A stretch of 64,000 bases of DNA from positions 4,588,001 to 4,652,000 of the forward strand of contig CATNEN010000034.1 of NCBI GenBank assembly GCA_950097015.1, written 5' to 3'. Each line of letters starts with the position of its first letter. Position 1 is the stretch's first letter. The position numbers and the translations under genes were made by a program. The notes beneath the pieces are model-generated. The model saw only the letters and a program-made list of their open reading frames with translations, searched no databases and was not told the origin of the DNA. Source of the DNA: Macrostomum hystrix (lineage: Eukaryota > Animalia > Platyhelminthes). Below are positions 11,867-25,022 of the stretch, piece by piece.

Positions 11867-13548
11867 TATAGCCTTGACATGCAGCCTTTGAAGAGGTCTT
11901 TAAAAAAGCTGTCCCCCGTACAGGTGATACAATAAGGATGTAGGCTAATTTAATCTGCGAACTCAATGCTGCAGCACGCGCGGCATAAAAATGGAAAATG
12001 AGAAAGAAAATACGCTGAAAATCTCGCGAAATTGCAAATATGGCTTAGAGTTTAATGAGAGTATTTCTATGATCCGGTTGATACGAGCTACATGCCTTTT
12101 CAAAGCGAGAGAACCAAATGTACTTTTTAAAAAGTGCAACTTACTCTCTCTGGAAGACTTATTTGAGCGAAGTCGTTTCAAAATAAAAATGATTGTTTTC
12201 GAGATTTTTGTTCAAATGTTAAAAGTCGAATAGAATCCACAGGTTTTATGATAGGTCGATTTGTTTTTTTGTCATTGTTAATGTGCACTCTTTCAATCTT
12301 GAGGATTGCGCTGACATTGTGTTATCAATCAGGGGCATGGAAGATGAGACACACACACTGAATCAGGAATAGCTTATGCAGGCGATAATGACATGTGTGT
12401 TAAAATTAAAATAAAAAACTACTTATCTGATGATTTTCGCTGATTGGCTAAAAGTTTTCAGCCAATAAAATCGATTGAAGGGGTCAGAAAAGTTTCGATC
12501 ATGCTTTAACTTATCATGATGGAGGGTAGAGGATCAGGTGAATGGTGTACATTTATTACTTGATTACTTTATTACCGTCCCTTAGAGCACAATATTGATT
12601 GAATTTATATTGACACTGCCACACGCTGAAATTTTACATAATTTAAAGAGACTAAAATAATGATAATAACTCCTGACTAAAAGCTTGACGCTGATTGGCT
12701 ACTAGCTTTACCCAATTAGAGCAATAGAAGGGGTTATGGAAATTATCTAGATGAGGTATGGGCTGTTGCAGTATTTACACATTACCAAATGGCGTGCCAA
12801 ACAGCAAATTATACAATATAATCTGTTGAGAAAGTTCGAAATATAAACGAGAAAAATGCTTGATTAAAAAGTTCAACTTTAACAGAAGTGAAGATACAAT
12901 CGAGAAATCGAGAAAATTAAGGCCTACTTGACCACACCAGCAGTTGCTTGTGAAGGTGGCTCAGGGAGCTCTGACTGACAGGAGGGGGGGCAGGATGGGA
13001 TGCCGCAGTTGGGAGTTCCGAACTTTAGCACGCGCCCCTCCGGCTAACCTATTCGATAACTAATAAATTCCTACTAACAGTTATGCCAGCAAATTTAATC
13101 GGACAAAAGTGTATTAGAAGCCTTCAAGTGGGCCAGTGTGACAAGTGTGGAGTCTGTAAATTATTCAGCTATATGCCTTCTGGGTCCAAATATGTAGTTT
13201 TAGTTGATAGCGACGGAAGTAATACTGGGCTTGGATACGGACTGGGATGCTTTAGGGTCTTTAGCTTGTTCAGGAAATATAGCAGCCGTGGTAGTTTTTG
13301 GACACGCCTAGATACCAGGCGTGACAAAATAAGCTGGCTAGATTTTATCGCGGCCAAATATCTCAGCTTCATAAAATAAGCATAAATCAAAATGCCTTCG
13401 TGATAAATTGTATCCTTACTGGCGTAGCACGAGAGTTTTTGTGAGCCTGAGAAATTCTCAAGCTTAAAGGATTATGGAGTGGAAAATTTGTTGCTTAATT
13501 ATTCACTAAAAAATTACTTGTCCCACAGCTACGACCGATAGTTCTGTT

Positions 13549-14870
13549 GGGTTAATAACCGGTAATCTTGAGGGTTAATAACCCGTAATCTTGAGGGTTA
13601 ATAACCCGTAATCTTGAGGGTTAATAACCCGTAATCTTGAGGGTTAATAATCGGTAATCTTGAGGGTTAATAACCGGTAATCTTGAGGGTTAATAACCCG
13701 TAATCTTGAGGGTTAATAACCCGTAATCTTGAGGGTTAATAACCCGTAATCTTGAGGGTTAATAACCCGTAATCTTGAGGGTTAATAACCGGTAATCTTG
13801 AGGGTTAATAACCGGTAATATTGAGGGTTAATAACCGGTAATCTTGAGGGTTAATAACCCGTAATCTTGAGGGTTAATAACCGGTAATCTTGAGGGTTAA
13901 TAACCGGTAATATTGAGGGTTAATAACCGGTAATCTTGAGGGTTAATAACCCGTAATCTTGAGGGTTAATAACCCGTAATCTTGAGGGTTAATAACCGGT
14001 AATCTTGAGGGTTAATAACCGGTAATATTGAGGGTTAATAACCGGTAATCTTGAGGGTTAATAACCGGTAATCTTGAGGGTTAATAACCGGTAATATTGA
14101 GGGTTAATAACCGGTAATATTGAGGGTTAATAATCGGTAATCTTGAGGGTTAATAATCGGTAATCTTGAGGGTTAATAACCGGTAATATTGAGGGTTAAT
14201 AACCGGTAATCTTGAGGGTTAATAACCCGTAATCTTGAGGGTTAATAACCGGTAATCTTGAGGGTTAATAACCCGTAATCTTGAGGGTTAATAACCGGTA
14301 ATATTGAGGGTTAATAACCGGTAATATTGAGGGTTAATAACCGGTAATATTGAGGGTTAATAACCGGTAATCTTGAGGGTTAATAATCGGTAATCTTGAG
14401 GGTTAATAATCGGTAATCTTGAGGGTTAATAACCGGTAATATTGAGGGTTAATAACCGGTAATATTGAGGGTTAATAATCGGTAATCTTGAGGGTTAATA
14501 ACCGGTAATCTTGAGGGTTAATAACCGGTAATATTGAGGGTTAATAACCGGTAATATTGAGGGTTAATAACCGGTAATCTTAAGGGTTAATAACCGGTAA
14601 TCTTGAGGGTTAATAACCGGTAATCTTGAGGGTTAATAATCGGTAATCTTGAGGGTTAATAACCGGTAATCTTGAGGGTTAATAACCGGTAATATTGAGG
14701 GTTAATAACCGGTAATATTGAGGGTTAATAACCGGTAATCTTAAGGGTTAATAACCGGTAATATTGAGGGTTAATAACCGGTAATCTTGAGGGTTAATAA
14801 TCGGTAATCTTGAGGGTTAATAACCGGTAATCTTGAGGGTTAATTGCCGAACATCTTGAGGGTTAATTAC
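13549..14870. repeat. Minisatellite, 23-bp unit GGGTTAATAACCGGTAATCTTGA, ~57 copies
   Basis: Direct reading. Confidence 0.98.
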
Positions 14871-15247
14871 CAACAATGAATCTCGCGGACTGACAATGAC
14901 TTCCAGGCGTTGAAATGGCCAATAAAAGTCATTTAAGGCTTGCTCATCAGTTTCTAAAGTTGGGAATGGGACAGATGAAGATGGCGGGCGTGAATAGTGC
15001 ACGGACTGACAAAGCTCTGCGAGTGAGTAGTGAGAAGCCACTCGGAATGACGCTCATTCAGTCGCTGAACTGGAAATGACTTTGTCAATATGCAAATTGA
15101 AAACAGCCATCGGATTTGGGATGAGCGAGACATTAGGCAGGGGGAATCGGCTATGGGGAACTACATCGCAGGACAGAGATTTAGATACAAATCATACGAG
15201 TGTCGAAATGCAATAAAGCGGTTTTGTATTTACTTTTGTGTTAGAAG

Positions 15248-15545
15248 TGAGTGGCATAGCGTTTGCCTCTCGCACAAAGGAAGGTCCTGAGCTCGAATCC
15301 GTGCCGAGGCCTCATTAATTTGGGGCGCAGCCGCGGAGAGAGAGAGGCTTGGGGGCTTGTCGTGTAATGTACGCCCTTGAGGGCCAGCCTCCAAGGCGCA
15401 GTGAAAGTGTACACTGCCTGACGATGAGAAAGTCAGGGCAGATGTACACACCTGTGTGAGCGTGTGCCTGCGTACAGTATCTGTGTGCGTGTGTGCTCAG
15501 GAGTCAGCGAAATGGACAGAATGGACTCTGGCTGACTGCGGGCTG
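15248..15545 (+). mobile_element. tRNA-derived SINE copy B (3' end truncated or diverged)
   Basis: GCGTTTGCCTCTCGCACAAAGG...GAGCTCGAATCC head and central hairpin identical to copy A. Confidence 0.85.
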
Positions 15546-16630
15546 ACTAAATGCAATTCGGAGAGATTTTTATTATATAGAGCAGTTTAGCAATCCTAGA
15601 ATTCGAAACGAATCATACGAATATAATAGCAGTGCGTCTGTCGATATGAGTTACAGGAAGTGAGCATTTAAATCGCTGACCAAGCAGACAGAGCAAGCAA
15701 ATGCATAGATCGGTGCAAGTGAAAACTGTCAGCAATACCTGCAGCTATAGGACCAGGAAGGGACAATAGCCTTAGTCAGCAGAGAGTGGGCAAATGTTGA
15801 TGCTGCTTAATTAGCTGGGCAGTGCCTCCATTCTTCTTTGGCGCTTCATCTTCCTCTAATACTCCCGGACTCCCAGACCCCAGATCGATGCTTCCATGAA
15901 TCTTTTTTAAAGTGAGAGAGAAAATGCGCGAGAACTGCACAGGGCGACAGGTGAAACATTCTGAAACAAAAGAAGCACAATATAAAAGCCGTCTTAAGGT
16001 GTGTGAAAGATGGCTGAGACTGAGAACGGACTGTGTGGCAACGCTCAAGACGCAGTGAAGAAGGCGTTGAGAATCAAGTTTTAAGGGCCGGGCATTGGCT
16101 GACTGCACTGCTCAAGGAGAGCGCCTACGGCTTATGAATAATTAATTAATTTCGGCCGCATCAGCTCAGAGGCCCTACTTGCTCACACCAGTCTCTCTCT
16201 CTCTCTCGGTTCTCCTCCTTGGAAGTAGTTTTCGTGTCCTCTACAAGCTGTAAAATAGTTGCCAACAAACTAACCCCCTGCCTATAGTTTGTCCTAGTAC
16301 AAGTCCAAGTTGGCGAGAATGCTCAGCTGTGCTCCATTTTCTTAGCGGGAATTGGCAAAATACAGCGGTTCCACAATCGATCACTGCCAATGCATTGGTT
16401 GTCCACAAGGCCCAATGTCTCAACAAGAATTTGAACTCAACGAGAGTACGATTTGAACACAAGAGCACAGTACTCATTACAGCACTGATTTCATCTGCCG
16501 AATTCGGACCTATGTTTCGACCTACGGATTGAAAGCTCAAGACAGCTCATCGCGCATAGTTTTTAGGGAAGACAGAAATTAGCTATTATTAAAAGGAATC
16601 AAGACTGCAGATGGGAATGAAACTGAGAGA

Positions 16631-16941
16631 TAATAATAATAATAATTTCCGGAGGCCTGCGGGCAATGGCACATCAATTGGTGAGACTCGACTCGCAACC
16701 AGCGAGTAGGCAATTCTGCCCAATTCGCTGACTCCTGAGCACACGCTCACACAGGTGTGTACATCTGCCCTGACTTACTAATCGTCAGGCAGTGTACACT
16801 CTCACTGTGCCTTGGAGGTTGGCCCTCAAGGGCGTAAATTGCACGACAAGCCCCCAAGCCTTCTCTCCGCGGCTGCGCCCCATATGAATGTGGCCTCGCC
16901 GTGGAATCGACCTCAGGGACCTTGGTGCGAGAGGCAATGCG
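16631..16941 (-). mobile_element. tRNA-derived SINE copy C
   Basis: Reverse complement of copy A, including the tail (TAA repeats at 16631-16646), 3' end, hairpin and head. Confidence 0.85.
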
Positions 16942-17823
16942 ATATTACTGAGACAGAAATTCCTGTGAGCAACTGAGCCACACGCACTAAACTCAAGAAT
17001 AAGCAGAGCGCCTTACTCAGAAACCGTTCAAGCATTGGTACCGCACGGAATACCAAAAACAGCCACGGAAATAAAAAAATTGTCACAAAAATGACGGTTG
17101 CGCAATCAATTGCTTAAAAATGTGTTACGTAATCAGGCCTGGAATGAAATGCGTCGCTAATCCTCGCGAGACGGTGCAAGGGATCTCTCGCTGTTCAGTC
17201 CCCTCCACTCTATCGGGTTTCTTCCCAATCCCGGTGCTTCCATCTGAAGGCAACTGCATGGGATCGAGATGTGACTGTCATAGGCGCAGCAGGCGCGTAT
17301 AGCAACACTCGCGAATTATCCCAGCGGCGGCTGAAATCCTTCTCTCACTGCAGTGGGGCGGGGAGGCAGGGGGACTTATCGTCTCAGCATTCCGGACTTG
17401 TGAGCACAGTGGCTCGCGCCCCGAGCTCGTGAGCTCAGTTCGGCCCGACTAAGCCGCATCTCGCATTGTCACAGCAGAATAAAAAGCCCCGACGATACCA
17501 ATACTCGGAGCACGGCATTGCCACCTGCTGACAGACCCGAATTCCAGAACCCATGTCATCCCGATGTAAATCTAGACTAACAGAAGGGGACTAATATAGC
17601 TAGCCATTTTGCTTCAGGTTTTCGTCTCTGCTTTAGAAGTAGCATACTCAACCTTTCACAAAATTCTATAATTATAGTCGCTTGTGAGAGTAATTTTGAA
17701 GGATTTATTTTTCCTTTGGAAATTTAAAAACAACAGCATGTGAGGTTGGCTTTGAACGTTTAAAATTTCCTGCAATCAATGAGCAACTTTGCAGGGGGTT
17801 GAGGGCCAACGAGGAGGAACAAT

Positions 17824-18031
17824 CACACAGGTGTGTACATCTGCCCTGACTTTCCCATCGTCAGGCAGTGTACACTCTCACTGTGCCTTGGGGGTCGGCC
17901 CTCGTGAGTGTGAATTGCACGACAAGCCACCAAGTCCTTCACCCCGCGGCTGCGCCCCAAATTAATGTGCGGCCTCGCCGCGGATTCGAGCTCAGGACCT
18001 TGGTGCGACAGGCTGACCGCCGCTCAGTCGC
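17824..18031 (-). mobile_element. tRNA-derived SINE copy D (head and hairpin only)
   Basis: Hairpin GTGTACATCTGCCCTGAC...GTCAGGCAGTGTACAC, B-box GGATTCGAGCTC and A-box-like CCGCTCAGTCG on the minus strand. Confidence 0.8.
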
Positions 18032-18752
18032 TAAATAAAAGTGCAGCTTGGTTAGTGAGATAAGGCTGCTGAAAGATTCGCAGGCACCTATACAAAGTAC
18101 ACATACACCCTGCTTTCTAGCTTCCCAATAAGGCACCGATTTCATTTAGTAAACTTTCGAAACGCATGGTCACAGATTGACAGGTAGCAGGTGGCTAGAA
18201 TACAAACGAAAAAGACTAAATCTAATTAGTAACTGACTATGTTGGATAGTAGATAAAACATATACAAATATAGACCAATTATGAAGACTTTTTCTCGACT
18301 GAATCAAAGCTAAAAAACAAAGACCAATGCTATAATTTACTAGGGCGTCACATCACGACTAAGTCTCTAACAAAAAACTAAAATTAGGCCCAACACACAA
18401 CAGGCCAGTTGTACGAGTGAAGGGTCTGTTACCGCACTGTGTGACTGGCAAGAGGAACCAGCAACCGCCAGAGGGGAATTGGGTAAATTGGGTAAAGGGA
18501 AGGGAAGGAACCCGGAGGCCCAGTTTTGGGATCGCCAATAAGTAGCAGCACAACCCAACCGATTATGATACAAGCCAAATTATTGATCATTGCTAGAGAT
18601 CGGAGAGTGAGAATTTGTGCTGAGAACAGTTGAGCAAGAGGAGAGCACTCTAGTCTCTTGAAGCCCCTTATATCCCATCTTTTAATCCCGTTTCTCCTCT
18701 GCATTCTCACTTCCTATTCTTCTCATCTGTTCCCTCATATCACAAATTTATT

Positions 18753-19260
18753 GTCTTCTCATATCCCATCTGTGTCATCTCATGTCCCATCTGTGTCATC
18801 TCATATCCCATCTGTGTCATCTCATGTCCCATCTGTGTCATCTCATATCCCATCTGTGTCATCTCATATCCCATCTGTGTCATCTCATATCCCATCTGTG
18901 TCATCTCATATCCCATCTGTGTCTTCTTATATCCCATCTGTGTCATCTCATATCCCATCTGTGTCATCTCATATCCCATCTGTGTCATCTCATATCCCAT
19001 CTGTGTCATCTCATATCCCATCTGTGTCATCTCATATCCCATCTGTGTCATCTCATGTCCCATCTGTGTCATCTCATATCCCATCTGTGTCATCTCATGT
19101 CCCATCTGTGTCATCTCATATCCCATCTGTGTCTTCTCATATCCCATCTGTGTCATTCTCATATCCCATCTGTGTCTTCTCATATCCCATCTGTGTCATC
19201 TCATATCCCATCTGTATCATCTCATATCCCATCTGTGTCTTCTCATATCCCATCTGTGTC
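18753..19260. repeat. Minisatellite, 21-bp unit TCATCTCATATCCCATCTGTG, ~24 copies
   Basis: Direct reading. Confidence 0.98.
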
Positions 19261-20217
19261 CTTTATTATTATATTTTAACGTCTTCTCATACCTTTTTTT
19301 AGTTTTCTCCTATCCCTTACAAATAGTCTCATATGAATGGCTTGTCTAATTCACTGTTATCTGTGTTAATTAATCTATGAGCTCATCATTATATAAGTAA
19401 ATTTCTATATATTCTTAACATTTCACCATTCTATTGCCACAGGTATTATATGTATTGAATACGAGTGAGTAAGGACAGCAGAAGTACATGGCATTCTGGC
19501 CTCGGGCCTGCAGAGCCGATCTCACAGTCTCACTTCATACCGAATGAGAATAACATAATAGTGAGAACTAAGGTCTAATCGCATTGGCCAGGCGCTAATA
19601 CCTCACACACACACAAACTAAAAGAAGGTCCTTGGCCAAGGACCAGAAGACAACCATCGGCTGCTGCTGCTGCTGTTGCCGCTACTTGCCAGATACAATT
19701 ATGCTCCGCTACTAGCCCAACCCTAACCCCCCCCCCAAGATGACAGAGCAAGCGGGAGCTGAGATTGAGACCGTTGGGGCAGCCCGCAGGCGGCCATTGT
19801 GTATCGGAGCAAGCCAGCGTTGCAGACTGACGGAGAGGAAGGAGAAAGGGCTTTTGGGGATTTGTCGCGCAAAAAAATGGGAATAAAAAAGCTAAAGGAA
19901 AAGCAAGAGATGCGCTGAGACGCAGATGTCAACAGGCAAACGGCTATTTACTCAAGCAGCTACAGTCTGGCATCGCAGAAGAAACTGATTCCCAGCACCG
20001 CCATATATACCCCCAGGAAATGCATTGCTAAGGAAAATAGTCGGGCATGTCTTCTATTAAATTTCCAAATGAGGGGCATGTCGGCTGAGAAGTCCGTCTG
20101 CCCATATTGTACCTTAGTGATTAATTCTTCTAGAGCAATTCTTCTGAAGCAATCGTTATTAAAGGCTTTTTCTGGATCTTTCCTGAAAGAATCTAGCAGC
20201 CTGATAAATCTAGCAGA

Positions 20218-21172
20218 GGGACAAGAATCTGGGATCCTGATAAACAGACAGGGACAGGAATCTGGGATCCTGATAAACAGACAGGGACAGGGATCTGGGA
20301 TCCTGATAAACAGACAGGGACAGGAATCTGGGATCCTGATAAACAGACAGGGACAGGGATCTGGGATCCTGATAAACAGACAGGGACAGGAATCTGGGAT
20401 CCTGATAAACAGACAGGGACAGGAATCTGGGATCCTGATAAACAGACAGGGACAGGAATCTGGGATCCTGATAAACAGACAGGGACAGGAATCTGGGATC
20501 CTGATAAACAGACAGGGACAGGGATCTGGGATCCTGATAAACAGACAGGGACAGGGATCTGGGATCCTGATAAACAGACAGGGACAGGAATCTGGGATCC
20601 TGATAAACAGACAGGGATCTAGGATAAGGGACAGGCTTCTAGGATCCTGATAAACAGACAGAGACAGGGATCCAGGATCTAGATAAACAGACAGGGACAG
20701 GGATCTAGATCCTGATAAACAGACAGGGATCTAGGATAAGGGACAGGCTTCTAGGATCCTGATAAACAGACAGAGACAGGGATCCAGGATCTAGATAAAC
20801 AGACAGGGACAGGGATCCAGGATCTAGATAAACAGACAGGGACAGGGATCCAGGATCTAGATAAACAGACAGGGACAGGGATCTAGATCCTGATAAACAG
20901 ACAGGGACAAGAATCTGGGATCCTGATAAGCAGACAGGGACAGGGATCTAGGATCCTGATAAAAAGACAAGGACAGGCTTCTAGGATCCTGATAAACAGA
21001 CAGGGACAGGGATCCAGGATCCAGATAAACAGACAGAAACAGGGATCTAGGATCCTGATAAGCAGACAGGGACAGGGATCCAGGATCCAGACAAGGACAG
21101 GGATCCAGGATCCAGATAAACAGACAGGGACAGGGATCCAGGACCAGGATCCTGATAAACAGACTGATAAAC
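20218..21172. repeat. Minisatellite, 33-bp unit ACAGGGACAGGAATCTGGGATCCTGATAAACAG, diverging into variant units in its right half
   Basis: Direct reading; 11-aa periodicity in the ORF track. Confidence 0.97.
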
Positions 21173-22242
21173 ATGAACAAATACTAAATAAGTCTATAAG
21201 CATTTAAGCAATCCGTTGATCGAAGTAACAAATGGGTTTGTTTAAATTTTCGTCCTGATTCCCTCCCCTACTTTTTATTTTTCACAGTCCCAGCATCTGG
21301 ATTTCTTTCTCATATTTTTATCCTCTAAATATAACCCCGGGAACTGGCAAAACCTCCTTTAATGAAAGAAAAGAAAAGGCAGACAGAAAAGCATGCAGGA
21401 CAAGCAGCAGCAGCAGCAGCAGCAGCAGCGGAGGCCACAAGAAGCTGGCATGAAGGAGAAGGAGAAGCGGTACGGAGGGCTCAAGTTTCTATGCAGTCGT
21501 GCTCAAGAGATTATCTGGCTCTCTCCGTTTCTTATCTCTAAAATACGAGCCGACAGGGCCCGAGTGCGCCATAACCTCGCCCCCACCCCAAAACTTCAGG
21601 CGATGGTCCCCTGGCGTCCCGCATTCAAATCCCTCTTCGCTCTTTGCCTGAACTGGAGTTAGGCTGTTTCATCTCCTTGCACTGGGTCTCATACTTCTCT
21701 GCGTCTCTCTGACCTAATTAATTAAAATTATCAGGAGCATCAGTGCACACTGACTGCAGCTTGAGTTATATGTGAGTATGCAAGTGCCAACTCAAGTCCG
21801 ATTGCACTTTGCTTGGGACGATAATAATAATACGAGTAATAATCATGGGAGTAGCATAATATATTGATAATATTTATATAACAAACACGGCCAGTTTTGC
21901 AGATAGCAAGTGTGGCTTAATCGATAAGTCAAGAGGAAGCCAGAGAGCAACTTTTAGACGCGCCAAACTGGACTGTGGGGTGAGCGCTGAGCACAAACTC
22001 AATAAATGAGAACGTCGGCTAGTTATACTTAAGGACTGTTTTGATACGATAGAGCTAGGCACTTTTATTTTATTTATTTATTTTTCGTTCCTAGCTGCAA
22101 GTTGAAAGTTAAAAGCAGTTGAGAGAATGAAATTGATAGAAATGAAATCACATCATGATAAATAAATCCCAAACCCTAGATCTGCTTCGTCCCATTCGTC
22201 CTTTTCAGGCTTAGTTTAGTCCCTCTCTTATAGTTCCTCTTA

Positions 22243-23133
22243 TCCTTGGTCATCTCCCATACTTCTGTCTTGTCCTTGGTCATCTCCCATACTTCTGTCA
22301 TGTCCTTGGTCATCTCCCATACTTCTGTCTTGTCCTTGGTCATCTTCCATACTTCTGTCATGTCCTTGGTCATCTCCCATACTTCTGTCTTGTCCTTGGT
22401 CATCTCCCATACTTCTGTCTTGTCCTTGGTCATCTCCCATACTTCTGTCATGTCCTTGGTCATCTCCCATACTTCTGTCATGTCCTTGGTCATCTCCCAT
22501 ACTTCTGTCTTGTCCTTGGTCATCTCCCATACTTCTGTCATGTCCTTGGTCATCTCCCATACTTCTGTCATGTCCTTGGTCATCTCCCATACTTCTGTCA
22601 TGTCCTTGATCATATCCTATAGCTCTGTTTTGTCTTTGGTCATCTCCCATACTTCTGTCATGTCCTTGGTCATCTCCCATACTTCTGTCATGTCCTTGGT
22701 CATCTCCCTAACTTCTGTCATGTCCTTGGTCATCTCCCATACTTCTGTCATGTCCTTGGTCATCTCCCATACTTCTGTCATGTCCTTGGTCATCTCCCAT
22801 ACTTCTGTCATGTCCTCCTTGGTCATCTCCCATACTTCTGTCTTGTCCTTGATCATCTCCCATACTTCTGTCTTGTCCTTGGTCATCTCCCATACTTCTG
22901 TCATGTCCTCCTTGGTCATCTCCCATACTTCTGTCTTGTCCTTGATCATCTCCCATACTTCTGTCATGTCCTTGGTCATCTCCCATACTTCTGTCATGTC
23001 CTTGGTCATCTCCCATACTTCTGTCTTGTCCTTGGTCATCTCCCATACTTCTGTCTTGTCCTTGGTCATCTCCCATACTTCTGTCTTGTCCTTGATCATA
23101 TCCTATAGCTCTGTTTTGTCTTTGGTCATCTCC
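22243..23133. repeat. Minisatellite, 30-bp unit TCCTTGGTCATCTCCCATACTTCTGTC(A/T)TG, ~30 copies
   Basis: Direct reading. Confidence 0.98.
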
Positions 23134-23340
23134 GAGTTTTCTTTGACGAAAGAAATCATTCAGAACAATAGATTGTTGAATCAAATTGGACTTATATACT
23201 AGATAAGGTGAGCGAGAGAATACACATGTAAAAATGAGGGTGGTACAATTACAGAATTCTCATTGCAGAGTTATTACATGGTTAAAGAACAATGCGGAAT
23301 GTGACAATAATACAGACAGACAGAGTCTGATAACGACAAG

Positions 23341-23690
23341 AACTATGAGAGGATCAGTGGACAAGACAGAACTATGAGAGGATCAGTGGACAAGACAGAG
23401 CTATGAGAGGATCAGTGGACAAGACAGAACTATGAGAGGATCAGTGGACAAGACAGAGCTATGAGAGGATCAGTGGACAAGACAGAACTATGAGAGGATC
23501 GGTGGACAAGACAGAACTATGAGAGGATCAGTGGACAAGACAGAGCTATGAGAGGATCAGTGGACAAGACAGAACTATGAGAGGATCAGTGGACAAGACA
23601 GAACTATGAGAGGATCAGTGGACAAGACAGAGCTATGAGAGGATCAGTGGACAAGACAGAACTATGAGAGGATCAGTGGACAAGACAGAG
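23341..23690. repeat. Minisatellite, 29-bp unit AACTATGAGAGGATCAGTGGACAAGACAG, ~12 copies
   Basis: Direct reading. Confidence 0.98.
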
Positions 23691-24879
23691 ATAGTGCGGC
23701 AGAATCTCGTAAAAGATCAGGTCAGGTGACTATGGGCAAGTAAGCACTGTACCACATTTCACTGCTACAAACTACTTGCACGCCGCCTAATTAATGCAAA
23801 GTCCGAGATCCCGCAATTATTTTTAAAGCAACTGCTCTATGTCTTGTCCCTGTACTGGCCCCTAAGGCGGAGACGACCCTGTCTGTCTGCCACCTGTGCA
23901 TTTTTCGACGTAGAAATAATTAATAATTAATGAGCGCATGGAGACGAAGGAGCTTGCTTCTTTTCCAACGAGAAGGAGACACCGGAGACATTGGTGGTGA
24001 AGCATCGGAGAAGGAAGGGGCGACAATGAGTAGGCGGGCGTGAGGTGAAAGAGAAGAAATATGAAGACAGGACCGATGAGGCATCGCTGAGACTGGGAGG
24101 GAAGCAGGTAGAAGTGATGGGCGAGAGAACGAACTGAAAATAGATGCCGAGAAGAGAATCTTAATGGGGAAAGAAGAACGAAGCCAGCAAAGACACAGCA
24201 GTCCAGGCAGGCTTGACCACCTACCGGGGCCTATCTGGTTCCGTTTCGGCCCACAAAGATGCATGCAGCAAGGCGGGCCGTTTCTGAGCATTCAACGCTT
24301 GAATGAGTGCTTCGCCTAACCGTACTGCCCCGTATTGGTCTTACTCTAGCTGGCTAGGATTACAATCCTTTATTCTCTAACCCTATGATGATCCAAAACT
24401 GCTTCCTGTGACAGCCTCCTAGCCTATTATCCATGGGCATTGGCCATTAGAATCCTTATTAATGAAAGGCTGTGATTTTGCACGACTGCCAAGCGAAATT
24501 CTTAGTAAAAACTGAAAACTGAACCCGTCCAAAGCCTCTCAAAAAGGTTTTCAATGGTTTTCAAAACTATCAATGGAACCTATCCAGTTTGAATTGTTTG
24601 ACAAACCATCAATGCATTTTGTTTGCTTCAACCAACCCTATTTAGGCTAGAACCAGTAGGCTGTCTGAGGATTGAACTTACCGTGCAGTTTTGGCAGCAG
24701 CTGTTTCACAGGACAGACAACAGCACCTTGTCTCCTGGATGGGTTGTAAGTTCAGCGATTTCAGCAGCAAAATTTAGCTAGTCGGATGCTGACTGAGACT
24801 TTTACGCTGAAATGAGTAATGATGAGGCAATGATAATTTTATTATGGGTACAGGTGCATTAATTACCAAAATCGACCCG

Positions 24880-25022
24880 CAGCCAGCGAGGAGGCAAATT
24901 AGTCCGTTCCACTGACCCCCGAGCACACAAAAGCACACAGATACCGTACGCAGGCACACACTCCCACAGGTGTGCACATCTGACCTGACTTTCTTATCGT
25001 CAGGCAGTGTACACTCTCACTG
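24880..25022 (-). mobile_element. SINE fragment, copy E (3' body and hairpin)
   Basis: CAGCGAGGAGGCAA...CGTACGCAGGCACAC...CTGACTTTCTTATCGTCAGGCAGTGTACAC matches copies C and F. Confidence 0.75.

Noticed and set aside
16122-16132. GCCTACGGC resembling the 5' end of 5S rRNA
   Set aside because: The match stops after 9 nt and there is no internal control region.
18658-23202. Repetitive ORFs over the 21-, 33- and 30-bp arrays
   Set aside because: Unit lengths divisible by three give spurious periodic ORFs on both strands.
726-23690. Regular short repeats as a CRISPR-like array
   Set aside because: Units are directly adjacent with no unique spacers, and the context is eukaryotic with no cas genes.
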